Translations under genes and position numbers: made by a program
The notes under the pieces: generated by a model
Seen by the model: only the letters and a program-made list of their open reading frames with translations
What the model was told of the DNA's origin: nothing
Databases searched by the model: none
Part shown: one piece after another, positions 19,060-27,732 of the stretch
Numbering within the stretch: position 1 is the first letter of the stretch
Layout: each line of letters begins with the position of its first letter
Assembly: GCA_964637135.1 (NCBI GenBank)
Contig: CAZWTX010000001.1
Coordinates: 186,001 to 215,889 of the forward strand
Direction: 5' to 3'
Length of the DNA stretch: 29,889 bases
Source: an uncultured Methanospirillum sp.
Lineage (GTDB): Archaea; Halobacteriota; Methanomicrobia; Methanomicrobiales; Methanospirillaceae

Positions 19060-20778
19060 TCAGTGTTCAAAATGGATATGTGCCTGGCTGATCGTGCCAT
19101 TCTGGGAAACCGAAAAGGTATCGGAGTGCATCCTGACCAGTGCCAGTGCCAGCTCAAGGAATGAACCTGAATCGTCCATCAACTTCTCATGGGAAGGCAT
19201 ATCCTGCGGTATGATTATCGGTTCTCCTTCGTACCCGACAGAAATATCAAAATTATATTCATCAAACGAGAGGCTGACCGTTGCACTCTTCCCAAAAATG
19301 CCATAAGCAAATCCGCTTTCCATCAGCTCAACAAGGGCTGAACCGGCCCGGGTGGCGACATCCCGGCGGGCTCCCCATGTCCGGGCATTCTGATCGATAA
19401 ACGAGAAGATCGTATCGCTCAGGTTTATGTCACCAGGCAGGATCCGGATCTCTGCCTGCTGCCTGATTCCGATCCTGAAAAGGAGGGTGAGACCAATGGC
19501 AATAATCGTCGAGAGGGTCAGAGGGGAGGTCAGGATTGTTGCAAGCCACGAGTACTCAGCGGGAAGAATAACATGTGAGAATGTACTTGCCCCGATGCCA
19601 AAGACAATCGAGATCCCGATGGTAAAAAACCGCCGGGTATCCATCAGACGGGTCATCATCACCTCTATTCCGGTCATCACCATGTAACAGATGGAATAGA
19701 TGAGAGCCGCACCGATAACCGGGAGCGGCATGATCAGAAAAAATGCTGATACCGGGGGAAATATTGCCATCAGAACAAGAAGAACCCCGGCAACGATCCC
19801 AATACACCGACTCGTTGCACCGGTAGCAAGCGAGAGCCCGATGTTTCCGGAAGAGGTGCTCTGGCCGAGACCACCAAGGATCCCGCAGATAATATTGGTC
19901 AGCCCGTCGGTGAGAGTCCCCCGACCGTAATTTTCCATGTCAGACCGTATCCAGTCTGCATCATTGATCTTCTGGCAGGAGGTCAGGTTTCCTATCGTCT
20001 TGAAAAACCCTGCAAGCCCGGCGATGAGAAACGGGAGCAGCACCGAGGTGTTCCAGGTCCAGGAGAAGAGGACCGGTTCAGGGAGGGCTATCAGGGAAAA
20101 GGAAAGAAAAGTAAAGACCGAGGTTGCCGGAATCTGCCCGAGATAAAAAGCAGCACCGTATCCAGCAATAATTCCGATGAAGGCAGGATAGAGTTTCATG
20201 GATCCTTTTCCCCAGATACTTGTAATAACAATCACCCCAAGCGTAATGGTTGCGATGATGAGATTATCCGGGAGAAATTCACCGGTAGTACTTTCCATCC
20301 CGAGAAAACTCTGCACGGAAAAGGGTACGGCAGAGATCCCGGCCATGATGATGACCAGTCCGGTCACTTCGGGCGGAAAGAGGAACCTGAGCTTTCTGAT
20401 GACCCGCGAGAGAAAAACCTGGAAGAAGCCGCTCATTGCCGTCATGGCAGACATGAGGCCGAGACCGCCGAGGGCATATGCCGCGGTGGACGGCGGAATA
20501 AAAAACAGGGCGGCGAATGACGGACATACATATCCTGATCCGATATACTCCCCTTTCAGCGACTGGAGAATGGTCCCGATTCCCACCGCCATGATCGTCA
20601 TTGAGAGAAAGAAGGCAGCTTCGGCATCGCCCATCCCTGATGCCCTGATCAGGATGAGGGGAAAGACGAAGGAGGTTGCAATAAGAAGGGCATGCTGCAC
20701 CCCGAGGAAGAAACAGGGAACCGGGGGAGGGGTTTCGTCTACGGTATATTTCAGTTCATAGGATGGTTTCCGGGTAAT
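19060..20778 (-). CDS. NCS2 (xanthine/uracil) family permease with extra C-terminal cytoplasmic domain; start codon uncertain
   Basis: LKYTVDETPP...GVQH N-terminus, LFPPEVTG, DGL...STSSGNIG...TGATSR NAT-like motif, PLPVIGA, many TMs. The frame stays open upstream of GTG 20700 until a TGA at 20833-20835. Confidence 0.9.
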   Translation of the reverse strand: MTRKPSYELKYTVDETPPPVPCFFLGVQHALLIATSFVFPLILIRASGMGDAEAAFFLSMTIMAVGIGTILQSLKGEYIGSGYVCPSFAALFFIPPSTAAYALGGLGLMSAMTAMSGFFQVFLSRVIRKLRFLFPPEVTGLVIIMAGISAVPFSVQSFLGMESTTGEFLPDNLIIATITLGVIVITSIWGKGSMKLYPAFIGIIAGYGAAFYLGQIPATSVFTFLSFSLIALPEPVLFSWTWNTSVLLPFLIAGLAGFFKTIGNLTSCQKINDADWIRSDMENYGRGTLTDGLTNIICGILGGLGQSTSSGNIGLSLATGATSRCIGIVAGVLLVLMAIFPPVSAFFLIMPLPVIGAALIYSICYMVMTGIEVMMTRLMDTRRFFTIGISIVFGIGASTFSHVILPAEYSWLATILTSPLTLSTIIAIGLTLLFRIGIRQQAEIRILPGDINLSDTIFSFIDQNARTWGARRDVATRAGSALVELMESGFAYGIFGKSATVSLSFDEYNFDISVGYEGEPIIIPQDMPSHEKLMDDSGSFLELALALVRMHSDTFSVSQNGTISQAHIHFEH

Positions 20779-21200
20779 AATCGATCCCTTCCCGTCGGTG
20801 CCTGGTCCCGGAACGATATCGTTCCCCTCTTCTCATCCGGGGATGGTCCAGTTGTCCGGGTTCAGGTCGTTCTGTCATTGGGAGGTGGGTGGTTTGAATA
20901 TATAAGGACCAGATATTTGATATTCTGCAGGGATGGTGCCTCGGGCCGGAGAGGATAGCAGATACGGAATACATCCTAAATGAGAGACTATTACAACCGA
21001 ACCACCAATGACGGCAATTAGCCAAAAAAACTCCGATATTTAGAGATTTGGAGGTTTGTACTAAAATCTGCCAGGTATACTCGTTGCTGCCGAGAGTCCG
21101 GTTAAGAAATACTGGTTGTTTGAATTATTGTCCTTCATCAACGCGATCTAATCATTTGATAAATTATGAATAGCCTGAAACAATCACGATATATCAGAAA

Positions 21201-21587
21201 TTACCCGTCATTACCTAACCCAATGACAATTATTCCCATAATTACAAGAAAAATTCCAATCCAGGTGACATATGAAATTTTTTCCCCTAATATCAGATAC
21301 GCGAGGAGGGCTATCAGACCAATTGTTAGTCCTCCCCCTATTGCTGTCGCGTGATGAAGTTCAAATTTAGAAAGAGTCCCAAAATATGCAAGCATTGAGA
21401 GGGTGTAAAGAAAACACCCAAAGATTAGATATTTAGATTGAATACCATTTACAACAAGGTTTTGAATTGAAAACTCCGAAGTTCCTATTGAACAATCAGA
21501 AATTCCTTTCTTGATGAATATCTGGCTAACTGCAGATAATGATATCCAAGAGATAATAAGAATTAGAGCTCGAATTATTATTGTCAT
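21201..21587 (-). CDS. Small 4-TM SMR/EamA (DMT) protein, ArnE/ArnF-like putative flippase
   Basis: 128 aa with four hydrophobic helices; SQIFIKKG, LSKFELHHA, LILGEKISYVTWIGIFLVIMGII. Confidence 0.82.
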   Translation of the reverse strand: MTIIIRALILIISWISLSAVSQIFIKKGISDCSIGTSEFSIQNLVVNGIQSKYLIFGCFLYTLSMLAYFGTLSKFELHHATAIGGGLTIGLIALLAYLILGEKISYVTWIGIFLVIMGIIVIGLGNDG

Positions 21588-21892
21588 CCTTTTTCCCAGA
21601 TTTGTTACCTATTACCATTCTCATCATAAAACGATAATCGATTTACATATTCACCGACAGCTTCGGTCTCATCTGAGGGTATGAACAACCAATATCCTTT
21701 GAAAGACTCCGAACTGATATACCGGCTTTCCTCATTCATTTGAAATATCATGATAATGCCGTTGAGTAAACGTCATAGCATCGAAATGGTAATTTACTCT
21801 TTTCATACATCTTCAATCTTTTATCATAAGAGGGATATGCGGTATTTTTTCTTGAACAGATATGCATCTCCCAAAAAATGCACAGAATACCA

Positions 21893-22792
21893 TTATTTAA
21901 TGGTATTAAACTCCCTTTTGAGAATCACATCGATTGCATTCAGTAAAATTGCGGTCATTCCGAGTAGCAATCCACTAATTATTAAAAGAACACTCATGAG
22001 AGCATATGAAATGGGAAATAATTTCGTTGTATCATATATATCAAAACCCAATAATCCAAGTATAATCCCAATACACAATGATACTGTTCCCGGGATTCCA
22101 AAACAAAGAAGAGGCCTTTGATATCCTATCAGACCAAAAATGTGGATGATAACATCAATACCATGTAGGATCGGATTTTTTTTATGGATATTCGGAAGTC
22201 CGCAATATTTTACCAATATTGGAACTTCTATCACCCGTAATCGTAGATTACACAATGTATTGATTAAATCTATTTCAATATTATAGCCATGTGAAGTTAT
22301 TGTCAAAAGATGTTGGTATGTTACCGGTCCAAATGCCCGGTACCCTGATTGAGTGTCAGTCAACTCAACTTCATCCTGAGAAACTACTTTATCAAGTACA
22401 ATTTGCCCAATCCTTCTATGATGCGGAACCTTTTGACCTGCATTATTGAGAAATCGGGATCCAATTACAAAATCAGCCTCATCTCTAAGAATTGGTCCAA
22501 GAAGCATCGGGATTTCAGCCGGATTATGTTGACCATCCCCGTCTAACATAACAATAGCGTCTGGATTCCTCGAAATAGCCTCAGTAAACCCATGTTTCAT
22601 TGCTCCTGCTTTTCCCAGGTTATGAGGGAGGGTGTAAACCTGAGCACCAACAGAACGGGCCACTTCCGAGGTTAGATCAGAAGACCCATCATCAACAACA
22701 ATAACTGAATCTACATACTTCTTTGCGAGAATTACTACACTTGCTATGGTCATTACTTCATTATATGCAGGAATAATTGCAATTGTTGTCAA
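21893..22792 (-). CDS. GT2 glycosyltransferase, polyprenol-phosphate sugar synthase (DPM1/ArnC/GtrB-like) with two C-terminal TMs
   Basis: IIPAYNE, VVDDGSSD, NLGKAGA, LDGDGQH, VIGSRF, TDTQSGYRAF; TTG start with GGAGTG upstream. Confidence 0.93.
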   Translation of the reverse strand: MTTIAIIPAYNEVMTIASVVILAKKYVDSVIVVDDGSSDLTSEVARSVGAQVYTLPHNLGKAGAMKHGFTEAISRNPDAIVMLDGDGQHNPAEIPMLLGPILRDEADFVIGSRFLNNAGQKVPHHRRIGQIVLDKVVSQDEVELTDTQSGYRAFGPVTYQHLLTITSHGYNIEIDLINTLCNLRLRVIEVPILVKYCGLPNIHKKNPILHGIDVIIHIFGLIGYQRPLLCFGIPGTVSLCIGIILGLLGFDIYDTTKLFPISYALMSVLLIISGLLLGMTAILLNAIDVILKREFNTIK

Positions 22793-23096
22793 ATTATGTC
22801 ACTCCATACCTGCAATAAATGAAAACTATCCCGGCAATCCCGATTTACATAGCTCATTTCATTCATGTCAGCAATTAGGTGAAGAAAGAGTATTATCCAT
22901 ATCTTTGTAAAAAAATGTTGACAGTATAATTCTTTGATCTCCATCAATGTACGGTTTGAAATTTCGGTCTTCAGATAATATCTATCGTATAAGGTGTGGA
23001 TTTCTGGCGCTACATATCTTCCCATAACGGGTAATGATTACCATATCCTTTCCCTCATTGAAAAATGGAGTCCTTGTTTCTCTGAAATGGAAATAA

Positions 23097-24878
23097 TTAG
23101 TTAGATTTAAGAGCAAATACTTTAAAATCGCGGTAGATTATGGGGGGCACCTCCACAATCCTATCCTTATCCATTCCAGGAGAATTTATTTTAGCGGTGA
23201 TATTCTGATTATACAATTCGTACAGATAAGAATGTATAAAACTTGATCCTGAAATATTTCCCTCATATTCTAGATATAATTCATTTCCCATTTTTTCACG
23301 AACGGTAGTAAACACTTCATTCTGAAAATCAGAAAATTGCTTTTGTACACCGTAATATGAATTCCCAACGAGGAGAATATTCGCCAGAAGTAACACAAAA
23401 ATACACAGCCGCACCATCTTTTCAGGTTTTGTTTCCATATTCAAATAAGGAAGGGCCATAAAGACAGGTAATAATGCAACTTGGGGAACATATCGTGCAT
23501 ACCAGGATAATTGAAATACGAGAATTGTAACTATTATCACTCCAAAATATATCAAAAAAATTTTTGAATCCGGAAGGACATTCTTTTCGGTTATAATGCG
23601 GAATACCTGATATAAAAATAACAAGCCGGAGATTAAAATAATACCGCTAAATAACGGACCCCACCCTCCGACTTTGGGTGGATCATTTGAATAAATAATT
23701 GCGTCCTCAATACTCAATATGGGGATTTTTATTACCGAATTTTCCAATGCTATTGGATTCACATCTGCATACGAAAAGAGGGATAGTATAAATTTATGTG
23801 GAGTTGTGAGGTTTTTCCATGATTGGGGGATATCATCAAAATTATTTGCTTCGGAAAGTGCACCCCCGCTGATATCATGATATTCAAACATGTTGTGAAT
23901 ATATGGATGGTAGGAGCAAAGGACAAAAAGAATGATAATTGGAACAATTATCCTCATATTGTCCACGATGAGAGATTTATTATACCTATAATAATAAAAA
24001 GCCACACCAACAATCAACAGGAAGAAAAAGAGGATTGCGGTGGACTTGATATTTATAAATAATATCGAATATAATAAAGCAATATATAAAAGATGTTTTT
24101 CTTTCAAAATAAAAAAAAGTCCAAACAGTGCCATCAATGAAAGCAGGGATGAGAATAGAAATCCATCAACATAGAATGATAGTGAGGAACAGATAACTGT
24201 TGCATTTAAACTAGCAGTCAATGATATTAATGCCAGATAGATGGGATTTATCTTTCCATAGATGCACATAAGGAACGCAAAGAATAAAAAAAAACTCATC
24301 AGCATCCCGATTATTGTTATACTTTTTGATGATTGGAGATTATGAGTAACTCCAAAGAGAGAAGCAGCGATAATATGGAATGCTTTTGATTCCCGAATAA
24401 AATGTGATTCTATCCAGTCATTTAAATATTGAGAGGAACCGGTATAATATTCAGCGGTTTCATTGAGGTAAACACCATTATTGTTATATATGGGATTCTG
24501 CCCGTTCGACAGTGATATTATTGATAATTCATGAAAAGTAGTAGAATCCCACCCAAAATCATAATACTGTGAGGTGAAAGCAGAAGGAATTATTATACAA
24601 GTTAAAAATATGAGAGTAAACAAAAGGGTCTTTTTGATATCTTTTTTAACCCGGAAAAAAACAAAAATTGCGGTTCCAATGAATGCAATCAGTGCAGATA
24701 CATGAATAATTGGAAGCATTAACCAAAATCCAATTATTGAAATTATGTATACTAAAATAAAGAATAAAACGAATGATTCTCCACAAATCAGAGAATTCTT
24801 TATTAATGATTCTTTTCTTGCAATAGAAAAAACCTCATCTGATGACGCTTTTTCGTTATTTTTATTCGTCTTTTTCAT
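23097..24878 (-). CDS. Polytopic membrane protein, putative GT-C-fold glycosyltransferase
   Basis: About 12-14 TM segments; first external loop YDFGWDSTTFH; later motifs YVDG, NIKSTA, HPYIHN, GGWGPLFSG, WYARYVPQ; soluble C-terminal tail; same strand as the GT2 and flippase genes. Confidence 0.7.
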   Translation of the reverse strand: MKKTNKNNEKASSDEVFSIARKESLIKNSLICGESFVLFFILVYIISIIGFWLMLPIIHVSALIAFIGTAIFVFFRVKKDIKKTLLFTLIFLTCIIIPSAFTSQYYDFGWDSTTFHELSIISLSNGQNPIYNNNGVYLNETAEYYTGSSQYLNDWIESHFIRESKAFHIIAASLFGVTHNLQSSKSITIIGMLMSFFLFFAFLMCIYGKINPIYLALISLTASLNATVICSSLSFYVDGFLFSSLLSLMALFGLFFILKEKHLLYIALLYSILFINIKSTAILFFFLLIVGVAFYYYRYNKSLIVDNMRIIVPIIILFVLCSYHPYIHNMFEYHDISGGALSEANNFDDIPQSWKNLTTPHKFILSLFSYADVNPIALENSVIKIPILSIEDAIIYSNDPPKVGGWGPLFSGIILISGLLFLYQVFRIITEKNVLPDSKIFLIYFGVIIVTILVFQLSWYARYVPQVALLPVFMALPYLNMETKPEKMVRLCIFVLLLANILLVGNSYYGVQKQFSDFQNEVFTTVREKMGNELYLEYEGNISGSSFIHSYLYELYNQNITAKINSPGMDKDRIVEVPPIIYRDFKVFALKSN

Positions 24879-25017
24879 ACATTATTCCTTTATGTTCACT
24901 ATTTTCAGTAATATCCATCAATATTGGGAAATTGACACTTTTTATAAGATTCTCGTGCAGAACACATATAAATTTTAGGAAACACACATCACGATTACAA
25001 ATACCAACGAACCCCGC

Positions 25018-25040
25018 CCAGGTTCGAACTGGCGACCTCC
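25018..25040 (-). repeat. Degenerate tRNA 3'-half (T-arm) fragment, possible att scar
   Basis: CCAGGTTCGAACTGGCGACCTCC matches 26140-26162 of tRNA-Val at 20/23 positions, in the same orientation. Confidence 0.6.
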
Positions 25041-25163
25041 CCCCGGTTAACCCTTCATTACATACCCATTCTTCGAACAGGGAAATCTGATTCCACACCA
25101 TGTGAAGGAGGGAAGACCCCTATCTCCAGCTCTCCCCCGAAGAAAGGGAACAAGCCCCCCTTC

Positions 25164-25847
25164 TCATTCCTGCTTCTGCAGATTCAGACAGAGATACCCT
25201 TCCTGAATCTCATCATTCCAGCATGCTTCATCGATGAGTTGCATCCCGTCATCTGATCGGGTAAAGTTCACATATTCTGCGAAGGTCCAGTTGAGCGAGA
25301 CATTTCTCCCGTCATCAGAGACAAATCCCGTCAGATACACTTTCGTCTCCGGCTCAGTAATCACATTAAAAAAGCCGGATATCTCTTCGCCGGTCTGAAC
25401 AAGGGTCATAACCATATTGTCCACGATCCAATCTCCTGACCAGACCGCATCGCTCTGTACCACGCTCCCGTTCCGGGTGGAATTGTAACTGATGGTAAAT
25501 GGTGCTTCTGATGGAATAACCGGATCAAAGGTCTGGAATCCATCCAGTTCCATCTGGTCGTCAGACATCCGGATCTCCATCGTTCCGGTCATGTTCTTAT
25601 AGGTAACCAGGCGGGAATTGTCGTCTGATACCGTCCCTGTCAGCTGAAGGGGAAAAAAGGATTCCTCGTCGAACGGAATGCCGGTCAAGGTAATACCAGA
25701 CCCGTCCTGAACAACGATGAAGGTATAATTAGCATCCGTCCAGGTTCCGGAAAACCCGTTTTCTGCATGAACGGTGTCTGCCGCCGTGGCTACACCCACG
25801 AACAGGGATCCAATGAGTACTATTCCGGCTATTTGAATAAGGTTCAT
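25164..25847 (-). CDS. Secreted acidic hypothetical protein with two tandem beta-rich repeats
   Basis: Signal peptide ending ATAA; repeat 1 FSGTW...VVQDGSGIT...LTGTVSDD...MSDDQMEL; repeat 2 WSGDW...LVQTGEEIS...LTGFVSDD...RSDDGMQL. Confidence 0.85.
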   Translation of the reverse strand: MNLIQIAGIVLIGSLFVGVATAADTVHAENGFSGTWTDANYTFIVVQDGSGITLTGIPFDEESFFPLQLTGTVSDDNSRLVTYKNMTGTMEIRMSDDQMELDGFQTFDPVIPSEAPFTISYNSTRNGSVVQSDAVWSGDWIVDNMVMTLVQTGEEISGFFNVITEPETKVYLTGFVSDDGRNVSLNWTFAEYVNFTRSDDGMQLIDEACWNDEIQEGYLCLNLQKQE

Positions 25848-26130
25848 AAGGTATTGTACACCTGCCTGCTTTATGCGGAGTCTGGAGAATTAAATATTAC
25901 TTTGGAACTGATGGGCCGGGAGCATAAAAATCCAGTGAAGAGAAATGAAGAGAAATCATCCCCCTTCGGGTCGATTGCCAACCAGCTGAGAGGTATTTTC
26001 TCAGGATTCCATCCATACTGAACAAAAAACAGATATTCACACACCATCAGTTCAGCGGATACCAGATGAATTGTATTCCACCGGATATGTGGGATACAGG
26101 AAATATACTCGGAATTGAACAAAAAGACGA

Positions 26131-26204
26131 TGGGCCCAGCCGGATTCGAACCGGCGACCTCCGCCGTGTAAAGGCGGTGTCATGACCAGCTAGACCATAG
26201 GCCC
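26131..26204 (-). tRNA. tRNA-Val (anticodon TAC), intronless, CCA not encoded
   Basis: GGGCCTA acceptor pairs with TGGGCCC plus discriminator A; anticodon arm CCGCC-TTTACAC-GGCGG; T-arm GCCGG-TTCGAAT-CCGGC; 74 nt. Confidence 0.98.
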
Positions 26205-26230
26205 TGTGCCCTATTAGGTCCACTTCTGTA

Positions 26231-26238
26231 CATTTAAA
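26231..26238 (-). promoter_or_regulatory. Putative TATA box of tRNA-Val
   Basis: TTTAAATG on the minus strand, about 27 nt upstream of the mature 5' end. Confidence 0.5.
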
Positions 26239-26259
26239 GGTAAAGGTTTGTCCCCTGGA

Positions 26260-26700
26260 TCAGGCAAACGAATGCACGGCATGGAGATCGAACAATCCGG
26301 ATGCCTTGTATGACTCCCGGTTATCGACATGCATCGTCGGCGAATCGATCCGCACGGAAAACCCGGTCGAGACCGAACCCCGTCCCATACCCTGGTATTG
26401 TGCCCCGATACCTGAACCAGAAGCCTGCACTGAACTCGTGGACGAGCCCTGGACCACGTCCTGTGCAAGCGACACCTGTCCGGACTCAATCGCCGGCTCC
26501 GGCGTCACGGCGACTGTCCCGGCATTCACGACCGGAAGACTGTCCTGAGACGTATTCTCGGAGACCGTGGTATTAAACAGCCAGTACCGGGACGGATTGA
26601 TATCAGGAAACCCTTCCCCGGTCAGCGCCGGCTGTGGAAGAACAAACGGAACAATCAGAATAGCGAAAAGAAACAGAACCTGGACACCCCTGTCCGGCAT
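26260..26700 (-). CDS. Hypothetical exported/membrane-anchored protein
   Basis: From ATG 26700: MPDRGVQVLFLFAILIVPFVLPQPA hydrophobic leader, then a Ser/Thr/Gly-rich beta-like region. The ORF-track start at 26826 overlaps the upstream gene. Confidence 0.65.
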   Translation of the reverse strand: MPDRGVQVLFLFAILIVPFVLPQPALTGEGFPDINPSRYWLFNTTVSENTSQDSLPVVNAGTVAVTPEPAIESGQVSLAQDVVQGSSTSSVQASGSGIGAQYQGMGRGSVSTGFSVRIDSPTMHVDNRESYKASGLFDLHAVHSFA

Positions 26701-26806
26701 AATCCCCCAAATGCATCCCAGGGCATGGACCGGAACAGACCCCACCAGCCGTTCCGGAATGCCTCGGTAAGCTATAGTCTGCTCTCGGCATTGAAAAAGT
26801 CTCTGG

Positions 26807-27484
26807 TTAGTTCCCCTGGGTAGCAAGAAATGCGAGGATTTCCCGCCCGGGAATAAACCAGGCCCTGCTGACTTTCCGGCCGGAAATGCGGTTTTCCTTC
26901 ACGTATTTACGGAGCGTCCCCGAGGAGAGGCCAAGGATCGCCGCAGCCTCGGTCAGGGTATATTCCTTCTCCTCCCTGACCGTCCTCGATCCGCCGTACT
27001 CAACAGCATCGATCACCGGGAGAACCGGGTGTTTCGGGATCTTGACGAGGGCTTCGTCTGACAGGCCTGACCCGGTAAACTCCTCGCTGTCGATAACCCC
27101 GTCAGGTGTCACGGGCGAACCGGCGGGAGCCGGGGAGAAGAGAGAGACCTGTGCCACCCGGGGAGTGCCGGCCACCGGGGAACCCTGTTCAAGCCGGCCG
27201 ACCCGCTCATATAACTCGGCAATATGGCGTTCATGCTGGACAAGCTGCTGTGCGACATGATCTGGTCCGAAGAGAAGGGGGGCACCGGCGGCCGGGGTTT
27301 CACCGGGATGATGAATCCCCGGTCCATGTAGCGTCCAGTCGGTCCCTGAACGGTAGGACCGGCAGAACGACGCGATAACATCGCGGAGAAGAGTTGAGAG
27401 GGTCAGGCTCCGGTTTTCGGCTATTTCGACCATCTCATCGATCAGATCCTCATCGAGGGATATTGTCAGCTCTTTTCTCACCAT
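26807..27484 (-). CDS. DNA-binding protein: N-terminal ribbon-helix-helix plus C-terminal excisionase-like HTH_17
   Basis: MVRKELTISLDEDLIDEMVEIAENRSLTLSTLLRDVI (RHH/CopG pattern); EYTLTEAAAILGLSSGTLRKYVKENRISGRKVSRAWFIP (HTH_17). Start 27484 preferred; 27532 possible. Confidence 0.82.
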   Translation of the reverse strand: MVRKELTISLDEDLIDEMVEIAENRSLTLSTLLRDVIASFCRSYRSGTDWTLHGPGIHHPGETPAAGAPLLFGPDHVAQQLVQHERHIAELYERVGRLEQGSPVAGTPRVAQVSLFSPAPAGSPVTPDGVIDSEEFTGSGLSDEALVKIPKHPVLPVIDAVEYGGSRTVREEKEYTLTEAAAILGLSSGTLRKYVKENRISGRKVSRAWFIPGREILAFLATQGN

Positions 27485-27732
27485 GCGAATGCCTGATCCC
27501 GGGCGCTTGCTCTGATGAAACCCGGGGACCATCTAATAATTCTCACCATGAGCATTTCAAACTACCACAGTCGGTCCTATCACCCACGGTCATGGAGGAT
27601 CCTGTCCGGATAGAACGGGTGTAAAATCCCGGAGATTCCAGGACCTTTCCGCCGATTGCACGTTCCGGCAGACCCGCCTGGTTACCCCCCAGGTGCCATC
27701 AACTATCATCCCTGCCGATCCATATAACCGGG

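Larger units (their letters stand above)
20960..25010. mobile_element. AT-rich genomic island (probable horizontal acquisition; no integrase seen)
   Basis: Abrupt change by eye from GC-balanced, CCGG-rich DNA to A/T-run-rich DNA and back; surface-glycosylation cargo; tRNA fragment at the right edge. Boundaries are approximate. Confidence 0.65.

Noticed and set aside
21605..21739. 44-aa minus-strand ORF (MNEESRYISS...) between the GT2 and flippase genes
   Set aside because: Short with no recognisable motif; could be a remnant or chance.
22789..23095. 78-aa ORF and a fragment reading NEGKDMVIITRYGK, reminiscent of a Phd/YefM antitoxin
   Set aside because: The similarity is only about 8 residues, needs frameshifts, and no toxin gene is adjacent. 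Too weak to call a pseudogene without a profile search.
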